Assembly: GCA_951406725.2 (NCBI GenBank)
Contig: OX597817.1
Span: 133,362,001-133,426,000 of the forward strand
Direction: 5' to 3'
Length of the DNA: 64,000 nt
Source of the DNA: Octopus vulgaris
Lineage: Eukaryota
The notes under the pieces are model-generated. The model did no database searches. It saw only the letters and a list, made by a program, of their open reading frames with translations, and was not told where the DNA came from. This document shows positions 13,228-26,386 of this stretch, in pieces (the stretch's first letter is position 1; the number at the start of each line of letters is the position of its first letter). Position numbers and translations under genes: made by a program.

Positions 13228-13465
13228 ACCTATATATATATTTAAGTATTTTTTACATTGAAACTTATTAACTTTATAAAGAATTTTTTTTGAAGAAAAG
13301 TCGGATAAACAGATTAACATGTTTGATCTCATGGAAAGGTGTCTTAGTGAAAGTACTTTTCAATGTTTTCCATTTTCAAACAAATGATACATGTATATAC
13401 ATGTATATATACATGCCATCTCACTGCAGATGAGACAGAATCTAAAAGGAACCATGTTCTTTATA

Positions 13466-13690
13466 TATTCTTTTATTCTTTTATTTGTTTCAGCCATCTG
13501 ATTGCAGCCATGTTGAAGTACTGCTTTTAAGGGTTAGTCAAAGAAATCAATCCTAGGACTTATTCTTTGTAAGCCTAGTACTTATGCTATTGGTCTCTTT
13601 TGCTGAACCTCTAAGTTACGGGGACATAAGCACACCAACATAGGTTGTCAAGTGATGGTGCGGGGACACACACAAAGATGCACACACATA
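13466..13690 (-). mobile_element. SINE family 1, 3' half
   Basis: Matches 82-300 (CTTATTCTTTGTAAGCCTAGTACTTA..GGTTGTCAAGTGATG). Confidence 0.8.
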
Positions 13691-13705
13691 AATATACGTA
13701 CATAT

Positions 13706-15012
13706 ATCATCATCGTCATCATCATCGTTTAATGTCCGCTTTCCATGCTAGCATGGGTTGGGCAATTTAACTGAGGACTGCCGAACCAGATGGCTGCACC
13801 AGGTTCCAATCTGATCTGGCAGAGTTTCTACAGCTGGATGCCCTTCCTAATGCCAACCACTCCAATAGTGTAGTGGGTGCTTTTACATGCCACCGGCAGA
13901 AGGGCCAGTCTGGCAGTACTGGCAACAGCCACACTCAAATGTTTTGTTCACGTGCCACCGGCACAAGTGCCAGTAAGGCGACGCTGGTAACAATCATGCT
14001 CCAACGGTGTTTTTCACGTGCCACCGGCATGGAAGCCAGACAGCTGCTCTGGCAGTGATCCTGCTCAGATGGATCTGTTAGTGCTCCACTGGCACAGGTG
14101 CTAGTCATCGAATTTGGTTCAATTTCGATTTCATTTGCCCCAACAGGTCTTCGCAAACAGAGTTTAGTGTCCAATGAAGGAAAGGTATGCATAAGTGGGC
14201 TGGTTACGTCCCTGGCATAGGCCATGAGATTATGGTTTCATTTGGCTTGCCTGGTCTTCTCATGAACAGCATATTTCCAAAGGTCTCGGTCATTAGTCAT
14301 TGCATCGGTGAGGCCTAATGTTCGAAGGTCATGCTTCACCACCTCGTCCCAGGTCTTCCAGGGTCTACCTCTTCCCCAGGTTCCCTCAACCACTAGGGTG
14401 TGGCACTTTTTGACATAGCTATCTTTATCCATTTTCGCCACATGACCATACTAGTGCAGTCATCTCTCTTGCACACCACATCTAATGCTTCTTAGGTCCA
14501 ACTTTTCTCTCAAGGTACTTACACTCTGTCGAGTATGCACACTGACATTACACATCCAGCAGAGCATACTGGCTTCATTCTTTGCGAGCTTATGCATGTC
14601 ATCAGCAGTCACAGCCCATCTTTCACAGCCATGCTACATGGCTGTTCGTACACATGCATCATACAATCTGCCTTTTACTCTGAGTGAGAGGCCCTTTGTC
14701 ACCAGCAGAGGTAAGAGCTGTTTGAACTTTGCCCAGGCTATTCTTATTCTAACGGTTACACTTTTAGCACCACCCCCACTACTGACTTGGTCACCTAGGT
14801 AACGGAAGCTATCAACTACTTCTAGTATTTCTCCCCGGAATGTAGCAGAAGTTGTTCTCTGCACATTTGCAGTGTTTATTGCTCCTGAGCATCTGCCACA
14901 TACAAAAACTGTCTTCCCAGTTAGCCTTCCTTTGATATTGCTGCACCTCTTATGTGTCCATAGTTTTCACTGGGTACATCTTATAGAGTTTCTACCTATA
15001 CCTTTTCTACAC
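13706..15012 (-). mobile_element. RTE LINE, 5'-truncated
   Basis: LEVVDSFRYLGDQV, GRLYDACVRTAM, GRGRPWKTWDEVV; colinear with 1684-3150; (GAT)n tail. Confidence 0.93.
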
Positions 15013-16890
15013 CTTTGTCATAAAAAATAATTTCACCTGCACATCAAAAATTTACTCTATGTCATAAGACTACATAGGGCAAACGAACCTTACCCTCAGA
15101 GAAAGGATGACAGTTCACCACCAACAACTGAGGGACCCCACCACAAGACAGATACCACTTAGTGGACACTTAGACCTCTGTGCACACAATAAGTCCCCCA
15201 AATTCTTAGTTTCCCCACTATACCAATGCTCGAACAAAACCACAGACCAAACACGAATAAATAGGGAAAATAATCTTATTCAAAAATACAGACCACAACT
15301 AAACATACTCTAACATGCCCCAGGCACACATCCAAAACAAACACATACAGATATACAAAATCACGCACACACAAAAACAATGCCAACCTCCGACGCAAAT
15401 ACACTTGCACAAACACAATATCCTCACACTAGAACACAAACCCTCACACATCCCAGGAAAAAAGCACATACACATATACACTTGCAATAAGATTTTAGCA
15501 TCCATAACCAACACTTTCACACATATATACACATGTGAACGCGGACATGCACACACCTACACACACCACCCCGAAATTACAAATCACATTCACACAAACA
15601 CAACCACACACACACACAGATACACACACACACACTCACATTCAAAAGGAAAAAACACACATACACGCACATTACAACCACAACAAACATTCACAAACAT
15701 ACATACACACAGGCATGCACACACACAATGACACACACCTCCCCGACAAATACAAGACACATAAACGCACCCACACAAACACTCCTACACGCATACACAC
15801 ACATTGCACAAACAATACAAACAAAACAGATCACTCACAAATGCAACACACACACACACCCGGAAACTACAGAACTACATAAACCATACCCACACATATA
15901 CACACACACACACACCCAAACACATACTCAGTACCAACACACACACACCACCCAGATAAACCCAACACACATGGACACACATACAAACAAACACATACAC
16001 ACACTAGCGCACTGCAACACACTAACAAACATTAATCACACACACAGCACCATGACAAATACCAATCATGCACATACATACACTCAGACACACAACACCA
16101 AGACAATCATACACACGGTTGACAAACGGGCACACATACACACACCATCCTACCAAATTTTACAAACACACACAGACACATCTATTTACACCACAATAAA
16201 CCTTGGGACCAATCAAAAACGGCCCACACACACATGTATATATATATACACACACAAAGATACACACACTCGAACCATTCTGACCTCTAAAGACCAATCC
16301 CCCAAATCATTGATGCTTGAAGGAGAGACAAAAAAGTTCTTTTCAGTTCCACATTACTCTTCCTTCCCCCCACCCAAACACACCTACACTGTCCCTTGAA
16401 ATAAAAAATAGTCTTTTACAAGAACATGGTGAACCAGGTCAGTTTAAGCTACCACTACTAAAATGTGAACTTTTTTGAACTTACAATATTCTGTGTGTAT
16501 ATATATACAGATACAATACCAATATTCCACTGAACTTTTTAATAATTCCTTCTGGAAACTATCTTTAACATTTTCTTGAGAATGTATATATATGTTGTAA
16601 TCTTTTGTGCCCAATATTTTAATGAACTTGCTAAACTATTTTATATTTTCCCAAGATTTTCCCTTGCAAGGTGTTCTTAACATGTTCTTATTATCAAGGA
16701 ATGTATATGTATATTGTAATATTTTGTGACAACCAGTAACTAACACAACCAAGCTTTTACATGTTACTTTTGACAATCTTTTTCTAAAAAAGTGAAACCG
16801 GTAAAGTAAATAAACATTTTTTTAAATTGCATTTTCAAACCATCTTTCATATATAATTACACTCGTGCAGTACCTTACAACTCTACTTTG
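15013..16890 (+). mobile_element. Penelope-like element 3' remnant (GIY-YIG C-terminus 15013-15313, ~1 kb CA-rich UTR, hammerhead motif)
   Basis: FTCTSK.LLYVI..LRERMTVHHQQLRDPTTRQIPLSGHLDLC..RENNLIQKYRPQLN* is homologous to the EN of 56260-56700 (HVHRQQIWNTNVRQIPLNEH..FIKMFKPVLN). Confidence 0.8.
16764..16809 (+). ncRNA. Minimal type I hammerhead ribozyme, core mutated
   Basis: TTACTT-TTGACAA-T-CTTTTT-CTA-AAAAAG-T-GAAA-CCGG-TA-AAGTAA. Stems I and II and palindromic stem III pair perfectly; the core CUGANGA carries two substitutions. Confidence 0.65.
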
Positions 16891-16924
16891 TTATATATAT
16901 ATAAATATATATATATACACACAA

Positions 16925-17067
16925 CTGGCTTCTTTTAGTTTCTGTCTACCAAAGCTGCTCACAAAGATTTGGTTGGCTTGAGGCCATAGTAGAAGACACT
17001 TGCCCAAGGTACAACACAGAGGACTGAACCCAGAAGCAAGCTTCTTATCGCACCACCACACCTGCAC
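16925..17067 (-). mobile_element. SINE family 1 head fragment
   Basis: GTAGAAGACACTTGCCCAAGG..GGACTGAACCC matches 440-490. Confidence 0.75.
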
Positions 17068-17096
17068 CTATACATGTATACATATATATATATGTA

Positions 17097-17291
17097 TCAT
17101 CATCATCGTCATCATCATTATCATCATTTAGCATCCATTTTCCATAGTGGCATGGGTTGAATGGTTTGCCAAGCTGCCCAGCCAGAGTGGATCCAATTGT
17201 CTGTCTTGGCATAGTTTCTATAGCTGGATGCCTTTCCTAATGCTAACCACTAAACAGAGTGCACTGGGTGTTTTTTATGTGGCACAGGCAC
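17097..17291 (-). mobile_element. Diverged solo RTE 3' tail
   Basis: (CAT)n followed by CATGGGTTG..TAGCTGGATGCC..CCTAATGCTAACCAC. Confidence 0.7.
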
Positions 17292-17294
17292 GTA

Positions 17295-17353
<59 letters not shown>

Positions 17354-18157
17354 GTATGTATATATATATTTTTTAATCTGGATAAATTTTCTTCAAGCAA
17401 AACCAGACAAATACACCTGGATATATCTCAGTCAACAACAACTCCCTGCATGAATGGCTATAATATTACAAAACTTAACTTAAAAATGACTTAACAGATT
17501 CTATCAGGCTGTTATCTATTTAGATATGACATGAGACACTACTGACTAAAACATATTTAAGTTTATGTAAATTTCTCTCCCTCTTTCTCTAACCAGACAT
17601 CAGAGTTTAAACAGCCCTATGTCTTGCCAGATCCTGTAGAACAATTAAGCCCATGATAGCATAGAAAATGATCATTAAATGTTGTTGTTGATGATGATGA
17701 TGATGATGATGATGATGACGATGATGATGGTGGCACACACACACATACACACATTTACTCTTCATCATCATCATCATTCACAGTCTGTTTTCTATGCTAG
17801 CATGGATTGGATGGTTTCACAGGATCTAGCAAGCAACAGAACTACATTGTGCTCCAGTGTCAGACTTGGCATGGTTCTACAACTGGGTACCCTTCCTAAG
17901 GCCAACTACTTTACACAGTATGTACAGTGTGCTTTTTTGTGTCACTTGTACTAGTGGGTTGGCCAAGGAACTTATTATAAGACAGAAAAGCAACAAGTAA
18001 AGGAAAAGGGAAAAAGTCCCCTTTGCTTGCTAAGTGGTGGTGGTAGTATTTGATAATGGGGAGAGGTGACTTTATGCCAGTTGTTGGGGAGGTAGTTAAA
18101 GTATGATAGAGGGAAAAGAACAGATGTCTTGCTACTGTGAATATATATGGTTGTGTC

Positions 18158-18194
<37 letters not shown>

Positions 18195-18208
18195 GGAGAA
18201 AGAAAGAG

Positions 18209-18239
<31 letters not shown>

Positions 18240-18560
18240 AAGAGAGAGAAATTCTTTTGGCGAAGTTTGCCTGAGAGTCATGAAATGTTTTTTTAAAATG
18301 TTTAAATTGTGCATATATTCACCTGATGAAAATGTTTTTATGCATGTAATAACTCTATTCATCAATAAAAAAGACATGTCCAAAACAGCTGTAGTGAGTG
18401 AACCATTATCCATCTGTTGTTATTTGTTTATTATTCACCCAAATTGGAACCTGTATTTAGTGTTCTTCTAATTTTATTTTGTATACGATAGCAATTTCAT
18501 CACCCCGTCCTTGGTACATTACTATTTAAGGACCTGACTGGAATCCTGAACTTTCATATA

Positions 18561-18760
18561 TATCATCATCATCATCATCATCGTTTAACGTCCGTTTTCC
18601 ATGCTAGCATGGGTTGGACGGTTTTGACTGAGGACTGGTGAACCAGATGGCTGCACCAGGCTCCAGTCTTGATCTGGCAGAGTTTCTACAGCTGGATGCC
18701 CTTCCTAACGCCAACCACTCCGAGAGTGTAGTGGGTGCTTTTTAAGTGCCACCTGCACAG
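18561..18760 (-). mobile_element. Young solo RTE 3' tail
   Basis: Near-identical to 1700-1880 and 59600-59790. Confidence 0.9.
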
Positions 18761-18791
18761 ATATATATAAATATATATACATATATATACA

Positions 18792-19688
18792 CAAGGTGGT
18801 ATCAAAAGGTTACTGGACTAGTTATGTTTAATAAAAAATAACTTATTTACCTAAGTTTTAACATCATCTTCTTCAAAATAGTCACCTTGTGCTGCAATAC
18901 ACTGGTTACAGTGTTCCTGCCACTTTTGAAATCCACCCTGGAAGTCATTTTCTGTAAGAGTCGACGACCTTCTGGGATTCACTCTTGATCTTGACAACAG
19001 TATTAAAACAGTGACCTTTGAGCTGCATTTCCATTTCAGGGAAGAGTTGTAAGTCCGCAGGGCATATAGAGTGAGGAAGCAATACCATGTATTCTTCGGC
19101 AAGAAACTCATGAGTGAGGAGAATCAGCAACAGAGAGCATTGTCATCATGAAGAACTCAATTCTTTGTGCTCAACAGATTGGGTCACTTTTGCTAAATGT
19201 CCTCCCTCAGACACTTCAAAATATCACAGTAGAACTCTCAATTGAAGGTCTGGCCCTGGGGGATGAACTCCTGATGCACAATACCATGGATGTCACAAAA
19301 AATGATGAGCATGCTCTTGACTGAGATGCAGGCCTGTCATATCTTTTGAAGCACCCATGCTTCTTGGAACATTGTATACGACCTGTTGCTTTGTCATGGT
19401 AAGCTTGCTGAACCATGTCTCTGTAGCAGACACAGACTTCCTAAGTTTAAGGCAAAATTTCATGTTGGCTCTTTGTTCCAACTTTCTGCACATGACAAAA
19501 GTCACAGACTACACAATACACGTGCTCACAAAAACACAAATTTTACAATTTGCAAAGTAAGCACAGCAATGTCATTCAGTACACTGCCTCATGAAGGTCA
19601 CTACTACCTCTCACTGTGCATGCAACTATGTGCTGCCATCTGTTGGAGTGCTACAGAAGTAGTCTGGGAACTTTTTGATACCAACAAA
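18792..19688 (-). mobile_element. mariner element with internal deletions (~0.9 kb)
   Basis: TIRs GGTGGTATCAAAAGGTTACTGGACTA / TAGTCTGGGAACTTTTTGATACC; N-terminal KLEQRANMKFCLKL and C-terminal FQKWQEHCNQCIAAQGDYFE. Confidence 0.85.
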
Positions 19689-19792
19689 TATATATTACAT
19701 GTAATCATCATCATCATCATTTAACACCCACCTCCCATGCTGGCATGGGTGGGACAATGTATATATATATATATATATACATATATATATTA

Positions 19793-21013
19793 TTGGGTTG
19801 GTCAAAAAGACCATTCCAATTTTAAAGTGAAAATAAGACAAGTTTTAAACAGTGATTTATTCAATCAATGATATAATTATCATTTCATTCAAATATCTTC
19901 TGTCATCTTATTATAGACAGATCGAGTAATCCCTGATCAAAGTATTTTCTGTTTTACTGGTGAGAAACTATTCCAGATAAATTTTTATATCCTCTTTGGT
20001 GTTAATGGTTTATCTGTCTAATGAAATTTAAAGATACTGAAACAGGTGGAAATCAGAAGAACCAAGATCAGGTGAAAATGGAGGATGAGACAAAACCTCC
20101 CAGGCAAGCCTCAGTAACTTCTACCATGCCTGCAAAGTGATAAGTGGTTTGGCATTGTCAAGGTGAAAGATAATGCCATTACAATTGGCAAGTGTTGGAC
20201 ATTTCCAGATTGCTGCATTTAATTTATCCAGATGGTCACAGTACACATCCAAATCGACGATCTTGTCAGTGGGAAGAAACTTGTAAGAGACAACACTCTT
20301 CTAGCCCTACTATATTGAAAGCATAACATCCTTTGGATGAAGTTCTGCTTTAGAGGTTATTGTTGTGATTCATATTATTATTATAGACAACCTATTTTAC
20401 ATATACAGTCACTATTCTCTTCACAAAAGGATAATTTTCTTAATATTTCTGCAATAAATCACACATGGAAATCTGTTGGATGAGGTTAGCCTTATTCAAT
20501 TGATGTGGGACCCAGACATCAAGCCTGTTGATTTAACCAAGTTGTTGCAGATGGTTTCCCACACTCAGTTTGGATATTTGGAGAATATCCTCCTAGGGGT
20601 TGGTCTGGACTAACTCTTTCATATCATTGTTGTTAGTCTCGATTGGCCAACTTGACTGAGGTGTATCTTGAATTGAAAACCCTTGCAATCGAAATCTTGA
20701 AATCCACTTCTGGCACACATGTTCCATTACAGCATCCTCTCTGTACATAACGCATATCATCCTGCAGATTTCCACTACTTTCTTACCTTTTATTAAATGA
20801 AAAAAACATGAGGTGTCGAAATGTTAATTTTGGTTCTCCATTTTCAAGATGACCACAAGCACACAAAATACCACCTCTCTTGTCACAAATTTGTGTCATA
20901 CTATGTTGAAACATCAAATATGTAATGAGTGCACATGCACTGTAGTTAGCTACTTACTAGAGTGCTTGAAGTTTAGCACTGACAAAAACTAAATGCACTT
21001 TTTGGTCATCTAA
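19793..21013 (-). mobile_element. mariner (DD34D-type) element, decayed, ~1.2 kb
   Basis: TA-flanked TIRs TTGGGTTGGTCAAAAAG / CTTTTTGGTCATCTAA; minus-strand SHPPFSPDLGSSDFHLFQYL; HTH region VCQKWISRFR. Confidence 0.88.
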
Positions 21014-21052
21014 TATATGTATACACACACATACACACACACACATACATAC

Positions 21053-21085
<33 letters not shown>

Positions 21086-21277
21086 CCCCTCCACACAGTA
21101 ACGTAAAAGCCACACTCTATGCAGACATTTAAGCTAGCTCCTGCAGAGGTCTAATAGGGCCTGCAACCCAAAACTAAAGAGAGGAATGATTATAAAGCAT
21201 TTATTGGTACTCTACCATCTCAGATTTATATCACAGAGAATCACATTTGGAGAATTTTGTATCACTGACTTTGGAGA

Positions 21278-21865
21278 TCACTGTAAAACAGCACAATAAA
21301 CAATATTCTTGGTTTTACCATTTGGTGTGAGTACGAAGAGATTGTTGCCATTTCCAGTTCTGGAATAACTAACATAGAGCTGACCATGGGAAAAGCACTG
21401 CTGCATGAGGTGAAGTCCAACAATATTCAGTGATAGTCCTTGACCCTTGTTAATTGACATTGCAAAATTAACTTTCACTGGAAATTGAGGTCTCTTGAAT
21501 TCAAAGGGCATGGAATTCTTGGAATAAACACATATTTTCCCTTTTCTTGTCCATTGAAGATTGTTGCTTCAAAAAGATGTGGATGTATTTGCCTGACAAT
21601 CAGTCATGTTCCATTGCACAGCTTTGGCAGATCAAGATTTCTAACAAGTATGATTGGAATTCCTTTCTTCAATGTCAATTTGTGAGAAGGTATTCCAGGA
21701 GGATCCAAAGAGTTAAGAAACTCAGTAGGATAATTCACAGTCTCATTGGAGTCTACAACAGTATCAATTGAGAAATAGCTTTTTTCCTTAATATTAATTT
21801 ATTGCGTAAGTTTCCAATTGACAACCTGGACAGTTTCATTCTTTAGTGCAAGTATGACTCTTTCA
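21278..21865 (-). mobile_element. Helitron PIF1-like helicase C-terminal fragment
   Basis: [83 protein letters not shown]. Confidence 0.92.
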
Positions 21866-22719
21866 CATACACACATATACCATTCTCTAATCTAAAAGTA
21901 ACACCAATGAAAATTCCTGTAAATGAGAGCAGCATCCCAAAATTTCATGTTTGAGGTTTGGAGAATACACAAATTGTGTAAATTTTCTTAGAATGAAGCT
22001 CCTCCTTGCTTAGCAGAGCCTGCTTTATCTACATTCATTCATATAAGAACCAAGCCATTCCAGCAACTACTAGGTGAGCTTGCATATTATTACTTCCTCT
22101 TTTAATTGCGACATACTAGCTGACTGTAGTTATAACAGTGCATCTATCTTGGATTCTAAAAAGAGGATCTGGGCAGCTTCTAAAACTCAAAACACAAAAT
22201 TTTGGATACTACCCACATGAGCAGGAATTTGTTTCGGTAGCGTGGTCATACCCATTTTTAGACTAAGGAATAGCACTTAATAAACACAACTTACACACTT
22301 CACCTATGGCTAACACCAATCCTGGGAAATAACTCTTCCTCCTAGAAAAATGGTAAAATTTTTCACTGTTTTGTTCCTTTTCTTTTTACCAACACTAAGC
22401 CACCCGGTATCTATATATACCTCAAGCATCAAAAAGGCTACATACTTCCAGTCAGTAGGTCTGAAGAGTCATCAATATTGCCAAAGAGCAATAGTTGGCA
22501 TCAAACCAACAGTAATATTCTCACCAATTCTGACTTTCCTTGAGATCCAAGAGTGCTGATAAACTCAAGCTTGGGTTAAGAGCTACATTGAAATACTCTG
22601 ATTTTCTAGCCTTTCAGGACCATAATATAATTACACATGCAAACACACATACATATATATACACATATATACACACACATGTATCTCATATATATATATA
22701 TATATATATATACAAGTTT

Positions 22720-23310
22720 ATTTTCCCTTGGGGCTGGCCAGATTGGAGCAATATCGAGTATAACCAACCGAAATTGCAAGGATAATCTGGAACTCGACTG
22801 AGGAAAGAAAACTCCGAATGATCCGTCCTTGTTTTCCTTGTATAATTTGTCTGGATATTTTGTTTTCCCTTTTTTTGTTTCACCTAACTGTCTGGATGTT
22901 TTGTGTTCTTGTCTCATTTTTGTATTTTATATTTATATATAAGAATTTTTTGCATAATAAGATAAAAATCTACGGCTGTGTAGATATTAGACCATTTATA
23001 AATAGAAGGTCTTACAGCTATTTCTAGGATATTTATTAATAATATCCCTTCATCAGAGACAGTGTGAAAAACAGCTGTAAGACCTATCTATAAATGCTCT
23101 AATATCTACACAGCTTTGGTTTTTTATTTTATTACGCAAAAAATTCTTATATACACTCACTGACATAGAACCAACGTTGAACCCTTTATTCACAATATTA
23201 CCGAATCTGGAACTTAACTGTTGTCTGTCTATAGCACTTATTCAGCATTACCTGACACCTTTGGGTCTCAATGACACCATTATCTCTTATAACCTCAACT
23301 TCTCGCTATA
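22720..23310. mobile_element. Penelope-type pLTR remnant with fold-back (inverted) arrangement
   Basis: Imperfect inverted arms ~22934-23019 and ~23073-23153 enclose a hammerhead motif; embedded in (TA)n. PLE origin is inferred, as no coding part is visible. Confidence 0.6.
23009..23060 (-). ncRNA. Minimal type I hammerhead ribozyme, intact core
   Basis: Minus strand: GTCT-CTGATGA-A-GGGATATT-ATTAATA-AATATCCT-A-GAAA-TAGCTG-TA-AGAC. Stem I GTCT/AGAC, 8-bp stem II, near-palindromic stem III, GUA cleavage triplet. Confidence 0.8.
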
Positions 23311-23352
23311 TATAGATATATAAATACACACATATACACATGTTCACATATA

Positions 23353-23388
<36 letters not shown>

Positions 23389-23769
23389 AACACATATATA
23401 TACACATATGTACACATATACCTATATAGGTGCATATGTGTATATATGTATACATATATATGTGTGTATACACATGTATTTGTATGAGGCATGAGCAATA
23501 GTACTCTCTCTTCAATGATACACTGAGCTTGACTTAAGAACTACAAACATACTACTCTAGTATAATTTAGGGTATCCTTGACTCTATCACCCCAATGAAG
23601 GAAAATAAATACCATGTTGCAGTTAGTGTTAGTGGCCTGAAGGTATATTACCACTAAATTAAATTTTCTTTCACTAATCTGTGGAGAAAGTCACTAGAAA
23701 TTGGCTATACACTGAAACGTCCCCTTCCCTAATTTGTCACCTCAGTCTTTATAAAAGGCAAACAGATCT

Positions 23770-24960
23770 CTTGCAGTTAACTATCACACTATTTTATTTT
23801 ATATTTCATATTGCTAAAATATTAAAAGTGCTAATAAGATCAAGAATAACTGACTTCTTGGAGAGTAACAAATTCCAACCAACATGGATTTCGCTAAGGA
23901 TGTGGCTGCTCAACACATCTGCATAACTTTATTGCCACTCTACAAATTTTTAAAGAATACTCAAACTCCAATATCTTATCTTCACAAGTAAGGCCATCTA
24001 AGATGATCACAACATTCTGCTCTTAAAATAATTGAACAATGGAGTCATTGGAAAGCTGCTGCACTAGGTTAAATATTTCCAGGTACCCAGTAATTTTATT
24101 GGCAGATGGAATCCACGCAAGCTCCAAAAAGTCACCAGTGACATCTTCCAAGTATATATAAATTTATAGTATGTATAAATGTCATAAAGGAGATAAACAC
24201 CGCAAATATGTTTTAATACAATCAAACAAAAATATTCAAGGATGGCACTTATTATCAAAGGAGAAGATGACCAAATAAAACTCCAGTGAAGTCTAATTGT
24301 AAGCCAATGGATGAGAAAAAAAAATTGTTAAATGATGATAAAATTTGATGTACTCTGAGTACTTAAACATATTTTCTTCCATTGAGAAAATTGCTCACTA
24401 ACAACAAAGTTGATATGACTCAGAACTCCTGGATCCTTAGAACATTTTGGTCCCAAGAACAAATGTAACCATAATTGTTTTACTTATCTTTTGTTAAGTA
24501 AAACTTGGAATTCTGTTTCCTCAATGTAGTCAACCTACACTAAATATAATATCATGAGAATTGAGGCACCTTAGAAGGCAATTTCAAAATAATAAAAATA
24601 AATGATATATCAGGCTTTGATTACTGGGATTGTTTTAAATCACTCAGACTCAATTTCCTGAAGACTGCCATAAATGGAACATCATCTGAACTATGTTGAT
24701 CAAGTTTAAAAACCAACCAAGGTTGGACTTCGTGTTACATGCCTCTTATTGAAATCAGACACACATCACATTAACACAGAGTAACTCAACAATTTTGCCT
24801 CAACTAGCTCGACTTTATTTAACATTCAGCTGAAACAAATTAAAGCACAAAATCACCATAGCCTTCAAATGGTACCTGTGAAAAATTCCTCAGAGGAATT
24901 CCAAATAAAAAACATAATACCTAAGTATATTTTAACCAGCAACAGCCTGATGCTTGAATG
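23770..24960 (+). mobile_element. Very decayed CR1/L2/Jockey-type LINE RT and 3' region
   Basis: Residual motifs (ITDFLESN..CCAACATGGATTTCGC = QHGFR; GGAGTCATTGGAAAGCTGCTGCAC; GATTACTGGGATTG) and a layout resembling 53500-54478. Confidence 0.55.
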
Positions 24961-25094
24961 GCCTATGGTGACATGAAACATGACATAATTATGACTTACA
25001 GAAATTTACAAAGTAGTGTTATCAAGTTAGATAACACCTTGACCAATATTGGCAGAAACATATCTAAATGTATATTTAAGATTAGCAATACATT

Positions 25095-25130
<36 letters not shown>

Positions 25131-25204
25131 TATATATACATATATATATATATGTGTATATATATATATATATGTGTTTATATATATATATATGAATACA
25201 TATA

Positions 25205-25278
<74 letters not shown>

Positions 25279-25279
25279 A

Positions 25280-25335
<56 letters not shown>

Positions 25336-25602
25336 TGAGTCAGTCTCTTGGGTGTCTGTGGGTCTTTGTTGTTACACAGGATCTTACTGCACACAGATTA
25401 AGACCCTGTGTATTTATAGAGACCCAAGAGACTGATCTGACTAAAATAAAAATATTATTAATTTCTACAATGGTATTGTAATCTTTCTTCTGACTATCAG
25501 TGCTAAATAAGTATATCAGTCTATATTTATATGTGTATGTATGTACACACACACACACACACACATACATACATACATACATACATACCATACAGACATG
25601 TA

Positions 25603-25655
<53 letters not shown>

Positions 25656-25670
25656 GTATATTCCGTATAC
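25095..25670. repeat. (TA)n/(TG)n/(CATA)n microsatellite cluster
   Basis: Directly visible. Confidence 0.95.
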
Positions 25671-26320
25671 ATATGTATATTCTGCACACTTCTGTTTTTC
25701 AGTAATAAATTATTTTGATAATTTATGACTGTAATTTCTGTAATTCATTTTCAAATAAATGTTTTATATCTAACTGAATTTTTTTTATGTCAACATCATA
25801 TAACATTCATAATTTATTATTAATATTTTGCAGAATTTCCTTGTTGAATTGCTTTTGATTGTAACTAATAATGAATGATACATATTGTTCAAATAAATTG
25901 TAATAAATTTAGTCTAATATTTCATATCACTTAAATTGTTGGCTAAGTTTTTTCACTCAATTAAAATGAAATAGATAAGATAACTTAGTCAATCATAAAT
26001 GATATTCCTTTGAAATAAATAATTTATTTAATCAAATTTCAACTAGACTTTTATCATTCCAGTTAATTTTTTCAAATTTCTTTTATTAGAATGCAAATAA
26101 TACATATTAACTACTGCTACAACTAACACTGCCACTACTACATAGAAAATATATATACCCACACACAAACACACACATGTGTGCATAATATATGTGTGTG
26201 TACATGTGTGTGTGTGTACGTGTTTGAGCGAGAAAGAGGGTGCATGATGAGTTAATATGATAAATGCTTGTGTGTATGCATGTATGTTTGTGTGTGTGTA
26301 TATGTGTGTGTGCGTGTGCG

Positions 26321-26386
<66 letters not shown>

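Noticed and set aside
15315-16399. Long His/Thr-rich ORFs (up to 223 aa)
   Set aside because: They result from CA-rich low-complexity DNA that lacks stop codons in several frames.
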